From: Octopus sinensis
Lineage: Eukaryota
DNA: 64,000 nucleotides
NCBI RefSeq assembly: GCF_006345805.1
Contig: NC_043016.1
Span: forward strand, 3,410,001-3,474,000
Direction of reading: 5' to 3'
The notes under the pieces are model-generated. The model ran no database searches. It was given only the letters and a program-made list of their open reading frames with translations, and had not been told where the DNA came from. The translations under genes and the position numbers were made by a program. This document shows, in pieces, positions 29,061 to 42,519 of this stretch; the first letter of the stretch is position 1, and each line of letters opens with the position of its first letter.

Positions 29061-30790
29061 TGTCAGGTCGCTCTAGATTGCTACTGTAACATGTAATCAA
29101 GTACAACCTGTTGCATGTGTCGGGTCGTCGGCGATTAAACTGACAACCCCACCAGGTTCGCTTGGTGAGGAGGGTGTTGTTGAACACCCTGTGGGGATGA
29201 AAACTAAAGCCATCAAAGGGTGGATGAAGTCCTGAAAAGTCAACGCCATCCAACAAAATGTCAGCCTGCCCGCCCAGCCAGTGGAGATGGCATCATCTTA
29301 TGGCTAAAGCAACACGAAGAATGAAGAGGAAAGAAAAAGGGCCTCAGCAGCCTGCACGTCAGTCGGGCCACTCCATGACAGAGGCTGCTAAGAATCACAG
29401 GTTCCCGAGGGCCGTCATGGAACAGGACTAGCCTTGCCATATGCACCTACAACTGCAGATCCTTGGCAGGGTGGCAAGAACTGAACCACCTAATGGAGGA
29501 GAGGAAGAAGATCAGGTGCGACGTGTTAGGGCTGTGCGAGACCCACCAGAAGGAGGCGAGTATACGATGGCAAGATGGATGCGCTGTGAAATTCAGGAGA
29601 GCAGAAGGGGCTAGATCGGTCGGAGGTATTGGATTCATCGTAAGTAAGGAATGGGCTTCGAGGGTCGCTTCTTGCCACTTCATATCATCATGGATTGGTG
29701 TACTGAACGTAAACCTCTCAAGGAAGGCCACCCTCAAGCATGTCCAGACCTATCCTCCCACAAGTGCCAGCGACGACGATGAGGTGGAAGAATTCTATCG
29801 ACAGCTAGACAAAGGGCTGGCTGTGAAGTTCACTTACACCGTCGTGATGGGAGACTTCAACGCAAAGGTTGTACATGGACGACAAGAAGAAGAGTACGTC
29901 GGGAGATTCAGCATAGGAAAGGGAAACGAGAAAGGAGAATGCTTGGTTACCATGGCAGAGGCGAGGTAGCTCTACATTGGAAACAGCCTATTTAGGAAGA
30001 AGGAGAAGAAGAGATGGACCTGGATATTGCCAAACTCTGAGTACCAAAACGAGATTGTCTACATCCTAGTTGATAAGTGACGCATATCACATGTCGTCTC
30101 CGTCGTGACACCATTCAACACCGGCAGCGATCATCGTCTGGTGAGGGCGAGAGTGGTCATTGATAGGATGAGGGAGAAGAAGGCGCTGCATTTGGCGTCA
30201 AAGGGAAAACAAGTCCGAGTCTACAATGAGGCAAAGCTGCAGGAAGCCATCATGCAGGAAGACTTATGCCAAGGAGTCGACATAGACGATGACTACAACT
30301 CACTGATAGGGAAACTGAAGGAGTGTTTAAGGAAGGCTAAGGGAGTATGCCCAAGAGAAAAGAAGGGAAGAATCTCGGAAGAGAAACTACGAAGTTACTC
30401 GAGAAGAGGAAAAATATGAAGAGGACCATTGAAGATCACCTTGAATGTTCCCTTCTCAGCAGAGAGTGATTGTCAGCAACTAAAGAAAGACTTTGAGGCC
30501 ATACCGGATGGAGAAGCTCTTGAAGGCGCAGAGGACAAAGAAGAGCCTCAAGAAATGCAAGAGGGACGTGGGTACTATATAGATCGGAGGTGACGGCCCT
30601 GAAAAGACAGATGGAATACCGGTCATGGAAAAAGTTACCACCACTCCAACAGGAAGAAAATGTGCGTCCAATCCTTGTCAGTGAGGTTGAAAGAGCCATC
30701 GGTTCGATGAAAAACGAAAAAGCGCCAGGGAAAGACGGTACAACATCGGAGATGCTAAAGTCAGGCAGAGAGCAGCTCCGGAAAATCTAC
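29061..30790 (+). mobile_element. RTE-clade LINE (second lineage), 5' half, decayed
   Basis: APE motifs ICTYNCRSL, DVLGLCET, GGIGFIV, VMGDFNAKV, TGSDHRLVRA; RT start EVERAIGSMKNEKAPGKDG. Truncated into a TA/CA-rich repeat. Confidence 0.85.
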
Positions 30791-31049
30791 ACATATACAT
30801 GTATACATATACATGTATACATATACATGTATACATATACATGTATACATATACATGTATATATATACATGTATATATATACATCTCTAAAAACACATTT
30901 GTGCAGATATATGTATGTATGCCTGTATATATGTGAGATAATAGTTTCAGTTTAATAGCTTCAGTATTGAAGTGATACCATTAAAGTGAAAGTATCTGGC
31001 ATTACAATAGAGAGATGTTATTGTATCAGTTTTGACACGTAATACTGAA

Positions 31050-31240
31050 TTAGTGGAGAAGATATGATATTGCTGTGGGCTCGCGCTAGGCAAGAAGTTA
31101 AACATTTTTTACCCTATGACACTAAATGGACCCTAAGTAAGGCATGTGTAAATTTGATGAATTTGGTGTGTAGTTTTTAAGTTTTAGGGATTCCACAGAC
31201 AGGCACACAGACCACATTCTGATCTTTAATATATATATAT
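31050..31240 (+). mobile_element. Possible Helentron/HINE-like 3' end
   Basis: gcatgtgtaaatttgatgaatttgg...cagacaggcacacagaccacattc...tttaatatatat resembles DINE-1/HINE-type ends. Confidence 0.35.
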
Positions 31241-31829
31241 AGATATAATATATATATATCTATAATATATATATTATATATATATACGTAAGTTTATGTG
31301 TGATATAAATGTATTTATTATATATATATATATTTAATATTATATATAATTTAATATATATGTGTATATATACATATACATACATATCTGTATGCATATA
31401 AATGCATGTATATGCATATATATATACATGTACATACATACACACGCACGCATATTTTATATATATATATATATATATATTATATGCATATGTGTAAGTG
31501 GTAACTAAAATACTTGATGTTGTGAGTCATTACTTTGTCCTTTCATATAAGAACCGACATTTGAGTTTAAAAAGAAAAAAATCATTTAATATGGAGGTCG
31601 GTGGAGAGTGAAATAATTCATATTTGGAAGGATGCTGAGGGACTCCGGATATACTTCGGTCTTTTTATTCTATGTAATTAGGAAAGTGTTAAGAGGCCTA
31701 AAGCTTCAACAATGCGAACACTGAAGATGAATGCGTGGTATTCAACGAAGAGGATTTTTCTTAATCTATACTTTTCTTTCTTGTAAAGCACACAATGCTC
31801 TTCTTTCGTTTCCCAGCCGATCTCTCTCT

Positions 31830-31884
<55 letters not shown>

Positions 31885-32149
31885 ATATGTTTATTTATTT
31901 ATTTAGTTATTTACTTTAATGGCAATTGGTGAACAAAAGAGTCATTTGTAACAGGTTTTCTATCGGGTCAATCACTGGTTCACTGCCTTTCTGATGGCGA
32001 GAGTGACAAGGGAGTGTTGAACTGGAATGCAGAAAATATGCTAGGATATGCTAGGATAAGCGTAGTTATCCATCCCTGCAAGCAGTTTATCTTACTGAAA
32101 TATTAAACTTTTACTCTATTTTCTATTATTTTCTTTTATCTATTTATTC

Positions 32150-32375
32150 TTTTATTCTTTTACCTGTTTTAATCATTTGACTGCGGTCATGCTGGAGTAC
32201 CACCTTAAAGGGCTTTTAAATCGAAGAAATCGACCCCAGAATTTATTCTTTGTAAGCTTAGTACTTAGTCATCGGTCCTTTTATACCGAACTGCTAAGTT
32301 ACGGATACGTAAACACACCAGCATCGGTTGTCAAGCGATAGGGGTGTGTGTGTGACAAACACAGACACAAAGACA
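32150..32375 (-). mobile_element. SINE family A, 3' half
   Basis: Matches 7830-8020 (atcgacccca...ttattctttgtaagc...ctaagttacgg...accagcatcggttgtcaagcgat). Confidence 0.8.
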
Positions 32376-32391
32376 CGCTCACATGAATATG

Positions 32392-32443
<52 letters not shown>

Positions 32444-32465
32444 TACATTTGTGTGTGTGTGTGTG

Positions 32466-32548
<83 letters not shown>

Positions 32549-32550
<2 letters not shown>

Positions 32551-35500
32551 GTGGGTAGAGATAGGAATAGACGGGGATGCAAATGCCTCAGAGACCTGCT
32601 CAGACGCTTTCAACTGTCTGACAGGTACCGACTCGACCACCCGAATGCGCCAACGTGGACATGGAGCAACCGCATCGGGTCGTCGAGATCGTATCTAGAT
32701 AGGATACTGTGTAGAGATAGCATAGGATGTCCACAATTCCACATAGTCAGCTACACGGATCACAAACTTGTGACATGTACGCTAGACTTAGGTAAGACAC
32801 ATAGGCAGGGTCCGGATACTGGAAACTAACGGTCTTCCCATCGAGACAGGTTTTCAGAGACCGGATTAGCACACTAGTAAAGAGGGCTTTGACGGGAGCC
32901 ATCATCAACAACAAATGGTGGTTTGCCCTCGAGAGTGCAGTAAAAGCAGGAGCGATTAGGTACAGCAAAGCACTAGCCATAGATAGAAACAGAGTAGAGG
33001 CTGAGCTAGTTAAGAAGCTTGAAGAGGCAATAAGAAGCAGCATCGCATCCGACGTTCTGGCGGCGAGGTTGTCCCTCGACGAACATTTCAACGCCAAACA
33101 CGAAGGGTGTGCTGTCAGAGCTAGGATGCGTGCTCTAAGGAATGAAGGTGTTGGAGCCGCGAGAGAGGCCCGGGTGACAGAGGCGCAACAGGGCAACAAA
33201 GCCACCATTCGGTCTCTGGTAGATGAACAGGGGCGCGAATTGCTCGAGCCAAGTAAAATGTGTGAGGCCATTCAACAGCATTTTGCCCGACTGTTCGGGA
33301 CGAGTGGCGGGCAAGAACGTAGGGTGGACTTCAGTGCCTACCTACACAGCCTACCACGACTCTCGACAAGAGAGGCAGGGTGCTGCGAAGGTGCCATCAC
33401 GGCGGCGGAAGTGCAGGACGCGATGGCAGAAGCTCGAGGGACAAATCGCCGGGTTGGATGGTCTACCCTACGAGCTTTACAGTTGTATGCCAGAATTGTT
33501 TGGAGACGTCTTGGCAGCGGTTGTACTGCAACTGGCAGCAAAACGGGAGCATTCCTGGTTTTGTGAGCCGAGGAGCCGTAACACTGCTGAAGAAAGATAT
33601 AAACAAGGGAAATGAAATAGATAACTTTAGGCCCATCACTCTGCTTAATGCAGACTTGAAAATTTTGGCCAAGGTGTTGGCCAAGAGGTTGGCACTTGTC
33701 ATCGAGAAACTGGTCGACAAGGCGTAAACGTGCGCAGTGCTGAGCCGGACCATCAATGACAACCACCACCTGATTCGCTACATCATAGACAGAGTAGTTA
33801 ACGAACCTGGCATGGGTGGGGCGCTGATCAATTTGGATCAATCGAAAGCTTTCGATAGGGTAGACCATCGATACTTGGTGGCTGTCCTCAGAGCGGCTGG
33901 CTTCGGTTCCGTCTTCCGCGGCTGGATAGCCGCTTTGTACAGAGGCATCCGTTCGGTAATTCGCGTAAATGGACATCTATCGAGACCTTTCCACATCGCA
34001 CGTTCGGTCCGTCAGGGATGCCCCCCTCTCGTCGCTTCTATACGTATTGACTCTCGAGCCATTATTGCGGAAGCTGGCAACTCTGAGGGGCATCCCGCAA
34101 GAACTGGGGTGCGGGACGAGCGTGTCTGCATACGCGGACGACGTCACCGTCATAGTGTCTAGGCACGAGAACATCGAGCAGGTCGGCGAGACACTGAAAA
34201 ACTACGAAGCGGTGACAGGAGCGAAAATCAACCGGGAAAAGTCAGTGGGCTTGCGGCTCGGCACCTGGGGAAGCAAGCCCATGCCGTCCACCAGCGCTGC
34301 CGTCGTGGGACGCTGGACCGACGGTCCGGTCGAGTTGCTCGGGGTCTGGTTTGGTCCGGACCTCCAAGTGGAGAAGAACTGGAACGAGATAACGAGTAGG
34401 GTGGTCACTCTCGCCCGGCAATGGGCCGAGAGGAAACTGTTCCTAAAGGTCGGGCGGAGGTGGCGAACACGTACATCGCGTCCGTCATCTACTACCGCCT
34501 GACCGTCGTGCCTTGTCCCAACCCTACCATCACCAAAGTACAACGCATTCTCTTTCGCTTCTTGTGGAAAGGATGCGTCCCGATGGTCAGGCGATCCATT
34601 TGCTGTCAACACCCGTTAAAAGTTGTTGATGATGCGCAGACACGCGCTGAGACTGCGATATCTCAGGCTCTACGTAGACGACGGTGAACAGGTGTGGTTG
34701 CCGTTTTTAGGGCACGCTTTCCCGCAGCTCGTCTCTATGACCGAAATACAATCGTGGATCAAAAAGAGGCCGAGGAAGGGCGAATGGCACCGCGAGTGTC
34801 GCGTTGCTCTCAAGCAACTCTGCCGTCCCGGGTCGACCTTGAGTGACTCCATCACAACCAAAGCATTCTATAGGGGATTAGTGGAGGGGAGGTACGACGA
34901 CGAGCACGGGGAGAACCTGGACGTCGACGAGGAATACCTGACCCGCCTGTTCGGGACGACTTTCGGGCCAGGGCCCATGGACAACTTCCAGAGATCCCTG
35001 GCGTGGCAGTGCTACTGATAAGCGCTACCCGTTCGGGATAAGCTCTACAGACACGGCTCGAGAAACACGGGGCCGACCTGCCCGAGATGCGGTCAGAGCG
35101 ACGAAACCATTCTGCACGCACTCGTGCAGTGTCCAACAATTTCCGACCTGTGGGCTTATGTCGAACAACTGCTGTCACGTGTGGGACGAGTCGGTTTATC
35201 AGCTGAGTCTATCGTCAATATTGTCACGCCTCCTTCTTTCAAACGGGAAGGAAGAGCTATTTCATCATCCTTGTGGCTATGGCGAAAGAATGTATCTGGT
35301 GGACGCGTCTGAAAGGATTTGAGACAAACACTTTCCTCTCTGGTCAATCTCTCATCAACTTCTTCAAGTACCACTTGAAAAGGAAAGTGAGAGTAGAGAG
35401 GCAAGTTTTGTCTAGCGAATGTTTAAAAAGATGGGTGAATGTAGCAAGGATGGCACGTATGAATGACGAACCACCTTGAGCATAATCCTATGAACCCAGA

Positions 35501-35948
35501 AATTGAAAACAGAGGGTTACCCACTTGCAAACAAATGTGGTAACATATAACAATATTGACCAAGGTTACCGTGGTCTTTTTCGTAGGCTTTCTCTCCCAC
35601 GGATAAACCTTACTTGCTTTCCCCTTACACCATATGTCATAACACTGTGATCCACGATCCCTATTGATCGTTTTTTTTCTCTTCCCCCTTTTTTCCCCTT
35701 TTTTCTTTTTTTTCATTCTCTCTTTCCTTTTGTTCCTTTTCCTTTTTTTTTTTTCTTTTTATTCCTTTTATTTTATTCAAATTTTTTTGTTCTTTTCTTC
35801 CCTTTTACGATCCCTCTTGATCGAAAACCTACGCCACCCCCCCTTTTTTTTCTTTTTTGTTTTTTGTTCTCTTCATCCCCCAAAAGAAAAGCTCTACCTT
35901 GTAACTTGTCCCATCTGTGTGCAGCCCTGTGTGGCCAATAAAGAAATT

Positions 35949-35950
<2 letters not shown>
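32549..35950 (+). mobile_element. Tx1/L1-type LINE copy 2 (5'-truncated within APE)
   Basis: SRSYLDRI, TDHK, GPGYWKL, NFRPITLLNADLKILAKVLAKRL, LDQSKAFDRVDH, SVRQGCP, AYADDVT, zf-RVT. Frameshifted. (TATC)n on both sides. Confidence 0.92.
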
Positions 35951-36020
<70 letters not shown>

Positions 36021-36453
36021 GCCTGTCTGTCTGCCTGTCTGTCTATCTAATTCTCTATCTATCTATCTATCTATTTATATGTTTATATATATAAAATTTT
36101 CTACTCTGCTTCCTATTTATAACTTTATGGGCTAAATTTCTTGTTTCAACATTAAAACATTAATTGAATTATAAGTGGTGAGGTCTGTTTTCTTGTATGT
36201 TTTTTTATGTTGTCAATTATATATCATCATCCTCATCATCATCATAATCATCATCATCATCGTCGTCGTCGTCGTCGTTGTCGTCGTCATCATCATCATC
36301 ATCATCATCATCATTATTTCACGTCTGTTGTCCATGCTAGCATGGGTTCGACGATGTGGCCAAAGCTGGCAAGCTGAGGGACTGCATCAAACTTCAGTCT
36401 GATTTGGCATGATTTTTGCGGCTGGATGCCCTTCCTCACTCTCTCTGTTTATA

Positions 36454-36489
<36 letters not shown>

Positions 36490-36491
36490 TG

Positions 36492-36522
<31 letters not shown>

Positions 36523-36599
36523 TGTATGTAATGTATGTGTGTGTGTGTGTGTGTGTGTAAATTTGGAATCTATTTTTTTCGAGAATTCTATTTTTGAAT

Positions 36600-37756
36600 A
36601 ATTTTGGAATCTTTTTTTTTTCTAGTTAATTTTAGTTAATCTTTGTTTATTTTCAGATCATTAAAATGGAATGCCGAGTTAAGAAAAACGAGCATTTGTA
36701 ACACCTCTTTCTTTTTGCTTTTAATCAAGGGTCTAAGGCCGCAAAAGCTGCTCTCGACATTTGTGCTGTGTATGGAGAGGGTACCATTGCTAAAAGAAAC
36801 CCCCCGTGATTGGTATGCCAAGTTCAAAAATGGAAATTTTGACCTCAGAGACGCACCTCGTTCTGGCCATCCAGTTGAGTTCGATGAAGAGCGATTAAAC
36901 CAACATTTGCACGAAAATTCTCGTCAAACGACAAGGAAACTGACAGAGAAAATGGAATACTCCCACACTTCCTCCAAGTATGGAGCATGGGTTCCGCATG
37001 CTTTAAGGGACAAGAACAAAAATCAACGAGCCACAATCTTCGTTGGTTTGCTTGCTCGTCACCGCTCAACTCATGGACACAAGCAACGATTTCTTTACCG
37101 AATCGTTACTGGCGACAAAAAATGGTGCTGGTACATTAATATGAAGTAGCGTAAGGAATGGCTTAGCCCCGGTAAACAAGCGACACCGTGCATGAAACAA
37201 GATCTTCATCCGCATAAAAGGATGTTGTGCGTATGGTGGGCCTGGGAAGGGATTATCCATAACGAATTGCTTGAACGGAACCAAACGGTCAACACGGAAC
37301 TCTATGTTCAACAGATGGAACGACTCAACACGGCTATTCAAGAGAAAAGACCTAATCGACAGCATGCAATTCTTCTGCTGCATGACAACGCCCGCCCTCA
37401 TATCGCCAATATGAGCAAGGAAGTCATTCAAACGCATGGCTGGGAAGTGCTGCCACACCCGCCGTACTCTCCTGATTTGGCACAGACGGATTTCCACCTC
37501 TTTCGATCTCTTTCAAATGCTATGCGCGGAGTTTCGTTCAATACCGATGCAGAATTGAGAGGTTGGTTGGATCAATTTTTCGAGTCGAAATCGGGTGATT
37601 TCTACCAACGAGGTATTGAAAATCTTGTTGAACGTTGGGAAGAATTTGTAAATAACAAGGGTGAATACATTATTGATTAATTAGTTCTTATTATTTTTAT
37701 TAAACCATTTAAAAAATAAAAAAAAAAACGGCGGGAACTTAGTTGCCAGCCTAATA
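36600..37756 (+). mobile_element. Mariner (DD34D) transposon, pseudogenised transposase
   Basis: ATG at 36666; WYAKFKNG..DLRDAPRSG, WVPH, RIVTGDKKW, HDNARPH, HPPYSPDLAQTDFHLF; stop at 37680. Right TIR aaaacggcgggaacttagttgccagcctaa followed by TA. Left TIR not visible. Internal stops and a frameshift. Confidence 0.92.
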
Positions 37757-37857
37757 TATTGTGATGTGCATCCAAGAAATATTGAATTCAATTGTGGAAG
37801 AAAACGTTTTACTCAGATGTATGAAAAGTCTATCGGGAGATTTTGGCATATGTGTAT

Positions 37858-37898
<41 letters not shown>

Positions 37899-37923
37899 CG
37901 TTGTGTATGTGTATGTACGATGG

Positions 37924-37954
<31 letters not shown>

Positions 37955-38027
37955 CATATATATGTATATAAGTCCATATAATATATATATATACATTTAT
38001 ATACATACATATATACATATAAGTGCA

Positions 38028-38068
<41 letters not shown>

Positions 38069-38149
38069 ATTAATAAATGAAATAAAACATATGCATATAT
38101 ATAAACATATATGTACGTACCTACCTCTACATGTACATATACACGCATA

Positions 38150-38505
38150 TATGAGTACAGGACACAAAAGGGACGTCGAACACAAGAGAAACGAAAACAT
38201 AAACACAAACCAAAGGAACTGGACATTTTTTAAAAACAAACAAAAATGGAGTACAGGACAATTAACACAAAGAAAAAAACCCCTTCTTCAGTCGCTATGG
38301 TTTCATCTACTCTACGTTTCGAAGGATAAAAGCGAGACGTATCTTCGACAAGAAACTTTCCTTCCTGCGAAAAGCAAATCAATTAAAATTCTGAGATCTT
38401 TTCGCAGAGGGGTAAAAATTGGTAAAAAAATGGTAAAAAAACAGGACAGTAACGACAGTACAAAAATATAAACAGTAAAAGACAGGACAGGGAATAACAA
38501 GATAT
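38150..38505 (-). mobile_element. Non-coding (TA)n-embedded element with a decayed hammerhead-like motif
   Basis: Minus strand cttgtcgaagata...tatccttcGAAAcgTAgag followed by gcgactgaagaagg. Architecture similar to 20338-20700 and 27272-27675. Confidence 0.4.
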
Positions 38506-38544
38506 ATATATATACATTTATATATACATATATACCAACATTTG

Positions 38545-39760
38545 GGTTGTTTGATCGGACGCTCGATGTGATCCGAGCCATTGATGTGAAAACCCGGGAA
38601 ATACTAAGAAGCACCCACAATTTCCACATGAACAGTGACGTCGACCGCTTCTATCTAAAAGGAAAGCAAGGCGACAGAGGCTTAACATTGATCCAAAATG
38701 CCTATGAATATAATAAAATATCCCTTCGGCAACATGTTTTAAGCACCCAATATCGAAGTGCATCCTTTGACCAAGTCTTCATGCATAAGACTTATAATTT
38801 CATAAGACTTGGAAGGCAGCTCATTGAGCAACATTCCTTGTCTGATAACCTTAAATACATGCCCATAGAATTCGAACGACTCCACCGCAACGTATCATCA
38901 GATGAACAGACGAGCATATATGAGCAGAAGATTATGCATGGCTGTGTCAGTAGAAAGCTCAGTGATGATAGTAACATTGATCCTCAAAGCAGTTTATCAT
39001 GGACCAATAACCAATAACCCGATTACTACCATCCACATTGAAGGGTATGCGTTTGCAATCCAGGAACAGGAAATATCAACCAAGTATCTGACGCACCAAA
39101 AGGACAGAAATGTGGGGAAAGCAGTAAAATGTGACAACCGATGCAGACTTTGTGGAGGTCACACTGAAGATATCACCCACATCATAAGCAGTTGTCCGAA
39201 AATGTCATCATGGTATTATTTACCGATGAAACATCTAGCTACAACATCATATAGAACACTCTATAAAGAAATCCGTTGGAAGGATAACATCGAGGACAAA
39301 GAAATAAGAACCTACAATATGATAGAAGCTATATCCACTCATAATAAAAAAAGAGTACTGGTGGAATGTCCTAGTGAAGATCTCAATAAAATGAAAGCAC
39401 AACAGACCTGATATAATAATTTGGGATAGAGAGGAGAAACTGTCTGTAGCTGTGGACATTAGCTGCCCAGTAGATGTTAACATAGTGCTCAAGATCAGTA
39501 AAAAGGAGAATAGCAACGCTGATCTATTGAGAAATCTGCAGCTACTAAATCTAGATTACAAGTTCAGGTTTATACCTGTAATTATTGGGGAACTAGGATA
39601 TGTAACACATTGCTTAAATACCAATCTTGAGGAATTAGGCTTCTCAAACCAGAAAGGAGAATGCTAATTCGAAGACTACAAATCCAATACATCACTGGAA
39701 CTAAAAATCTGTAATCACTCTCCAGAAGTTTATTATCTAAGTTTATATGAGCATGTCTAA
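38545..39760 (+). mobile_element. R4/Dong-like RLE non-LTR retrotransposon, 3' part
   Basis: IDVKTREIL...HMNSDVDRFYLKGKQGDRGL; FAIQEQEISTK; CCHC knuckle CRLCGGHTEDITHIISSC; RLE RPDIIIWD...VDISCP...IPVIIGELG. Confidence 0.85.
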
Positions 39761-39971
39761 CTTTGCAAATATATGCATGAGAAGACATACATTAAACAAA
39801 ACATACAAATCTGCACATCTACATAGAAATATACATACAAAAATATCCTGTCGTCGATGTTGAATTTCCAATAAAGCGCCTTGGGTGTAAGTTGGAGATC
39901 GATTCTTTTCTCATTGGCAAAAATCATGAAATAAAAATGCATAATGCATGCATATGTGTGCGTGTGTACTA

Positions 39972-40014
<43 letters not shown>

Positions 40015-40879
40015 CAATATATATTATACATATATATATATAAATATATTATATATATATACATATATATATATACATATATATATACATATATATATAT
40101 ATAATATTATATATAATATATATATATATATATATAATATATATATATATGTGTATGTATGCGTGTGTGTATGTAATGTATATGAATACACGTATATATA
40201 TTCCTACATACTTATTTATCGATAATTTTCCAACATGATACTTATCGCAGCCGTTATGATGCAACAACACAACAGTAATGGAAGTCGAAAACTGCTTCGT
40301 TATTGGTCTGTAATAATTCTAACAACAATGACTACTAAAAGTGTAACAGAGAATGTTAATCTAATAATATTGAGAACAAAATCAGATTGACTAAAATTCA
40401 CTGCTCATTTGAGATTGTCTGCGACACATCTAATCTTGAAATCTTTGATAAAGTATTTCAAGAAAACAAGCGCTGGTATTCTATGCAAAAGGTCACGCCT
40501 ATATTATTCCTCGAAATAGTTTGGTTGGTATTTTGCTCTTTGATAGAATAGTACTAAGTTTTTTTCGGCTATATATTCTACTTGGAATTTAAATGTTCAT
40601 TTCAGTGTAATTTTACTTCTGATGTGTTTTACGGTGCTGTTTCAATCGTTTTCGAACCATTCTTTCGTTTTCTGCAGAATTTCTTCATTATTTTCCCCTT
40701 AAATTTAGACCATGATCTTTTTTTTATTTTATTCTTCTTGACACATTACTCTATCTAATTCTGTCCGCATTATGTATACACTCAAGTGTTTATCTATCTA
40801 TTTATCTCTGTCTGTCTGTCAGTCTGTCTATCTACCCGTTCGTCCGTCCGTTCATCTCTTAGTCTATTTCTCTCTCTCC

Positions 40880-40977
<98 letters not shown>

Positions 40978-40984
40978 CTCCATC

Positions 40985-42340
40985 GACTGACATGATGACG
41001 CATCGGCTCCGCAGGTAATCCCTTTTTTCGACATTTTATTGCACACATTTTGTTTCAATTTTTGCACACAAGGTGTGTAAAGCACCCAGCTTTCGTTTTA
41101 GTGTATTTTCAAGGGAGGAATTGACCCCTAGGAGCAGTTTTAAACCTATTTACATTTCTATTTTCTTCGCCATATGCCCGTGGGTAATTTTGGAGTGAAT
41201 TTTAGGGCTTATAAATCTGATATTTTCCTATCCTTCCTTAATACCGGTTCCCATATGCTGCTCATATCTGCACTTGGTCTGCTTAGGAGGTTGTTGTGTC
41301 CTAGCATATGTTCTGCTTCTTTTAGTTTTCGTATTTTCCTGTGGTGTTCTCTGTCTATTGTTGTAACTTCATCCCACAGGGGGAGGTAGTCTCCATTTTT
41401 CCATACATGATCAGCTATACCCGATTTATCAGTATCTCCTCGTGTCACAGCTTTGTGATGTTCCTCTGCCCTTATTTTGAAGGGGCGGCATGTTTCGCCT
41501 TTGTATAACCTACCACAGCTGCATGGGATGGAGTACACGCAGTCTTTGGTCATATTCTCTTCTATTGGTGGTTTTAACCGAAGGAGATATTTGCGAAGTG
41601 TTGTATTACTCTTGAATACTGTCCTGATGTCATATGGGTTGCATATCTTTTGAATCTTTTCAGAGAGGCCTTTCACATATGGTAGACAGACTGCGGACAG
41701 TTTATTGGCCTTATCTTGTCTCTTCTTCATAATTGGAGTGGATAGTATACTTTTGGGGTAGTTGTGCTTTACAGATCGGTATTGAGCTTGTTTATTTCTT
41801 CGTGGTGTGTATCACGATCGCTACTTATATTCTTTGCTCGATGTTTTAGGTACTGAGCAATCCCTCTCTTTACACTGTATGGATGGTGGGAATTGAAGGT
41901 CTGCTTGCGGTATACGGATGTCCTGAATCCATACTTGGGGCGTGTTATTAATACGTCCAGGAATGCCAGCTGATTGCCTTTTTCTTTTTACATTGTGAAC
42001 TGCATGGATAGCTTTATTGAGTTCACATGATCTAACAGCACTTGAAAATCTTCCTGGTGGGGCCAGTGTATAAAGGTGTCATTAACATATCGTAGCCATA
42101 GTGTTGGTTTTAGTGGTACTGATCCTAAAGCCAAATTCTCAAAGTATTCTATGTATATATTGGCTCTTACCAGTGATCATGGCAAACCCATAGATAAAAG
42201 CCTCCTCTTGTAGACATATATCAATGTCCATACTGAAGTAGGTAGCTTCTACACAGAAGGTCAACTTTCCATCGTATACTATTGCGTTCATTTACATGGG
42301 TGTCTGTCACTAGTTTTTCTTATATCACCGATAGTGCTTC
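40985..42340 (-). mobile_element. Penelope-like element (C-terminal half of RT plus GIY-YIG endonuclease)
   Basis: WLRYVNDTFI, LAFLDVLI, LPYVKGLSEKI, CVYSIPCSCGRLYKGET.R, SGIADHVW, RKLKEA. Confidence 0.9.
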
Positions 42341-42519
42341 ACCAAAGTCCCAACTGGGAACACACACTGCACACTGAAATCTCTCTACCCGGATGCAGTA
42401 GGGAGATTCCAAAAATACTTCTCTAAAAACTAACTAAAAACCTTCTGGAAGAAGACTGTAAGGTGAAAGACAAAGCACTTTCAGGCAGTAAGCAACTCTC
42501 TCTCTCTCTCTCTTTCGCT

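Noticed and set aside
30790-30885. 14-bp tandem repeat (acatatacatgtat)n as a CRISPR-like or functional array
   Set aside because: No spacers; a derivative of TA/CA microsatellite.
36320-36440. Short SINE-like remnant (ggctggatgcccttcct) next to (CAT)n
   Set aside because: Too short and decayed to classify. The same holds for remnants near 6130-6400, 21250-21900 and 51740-51800.
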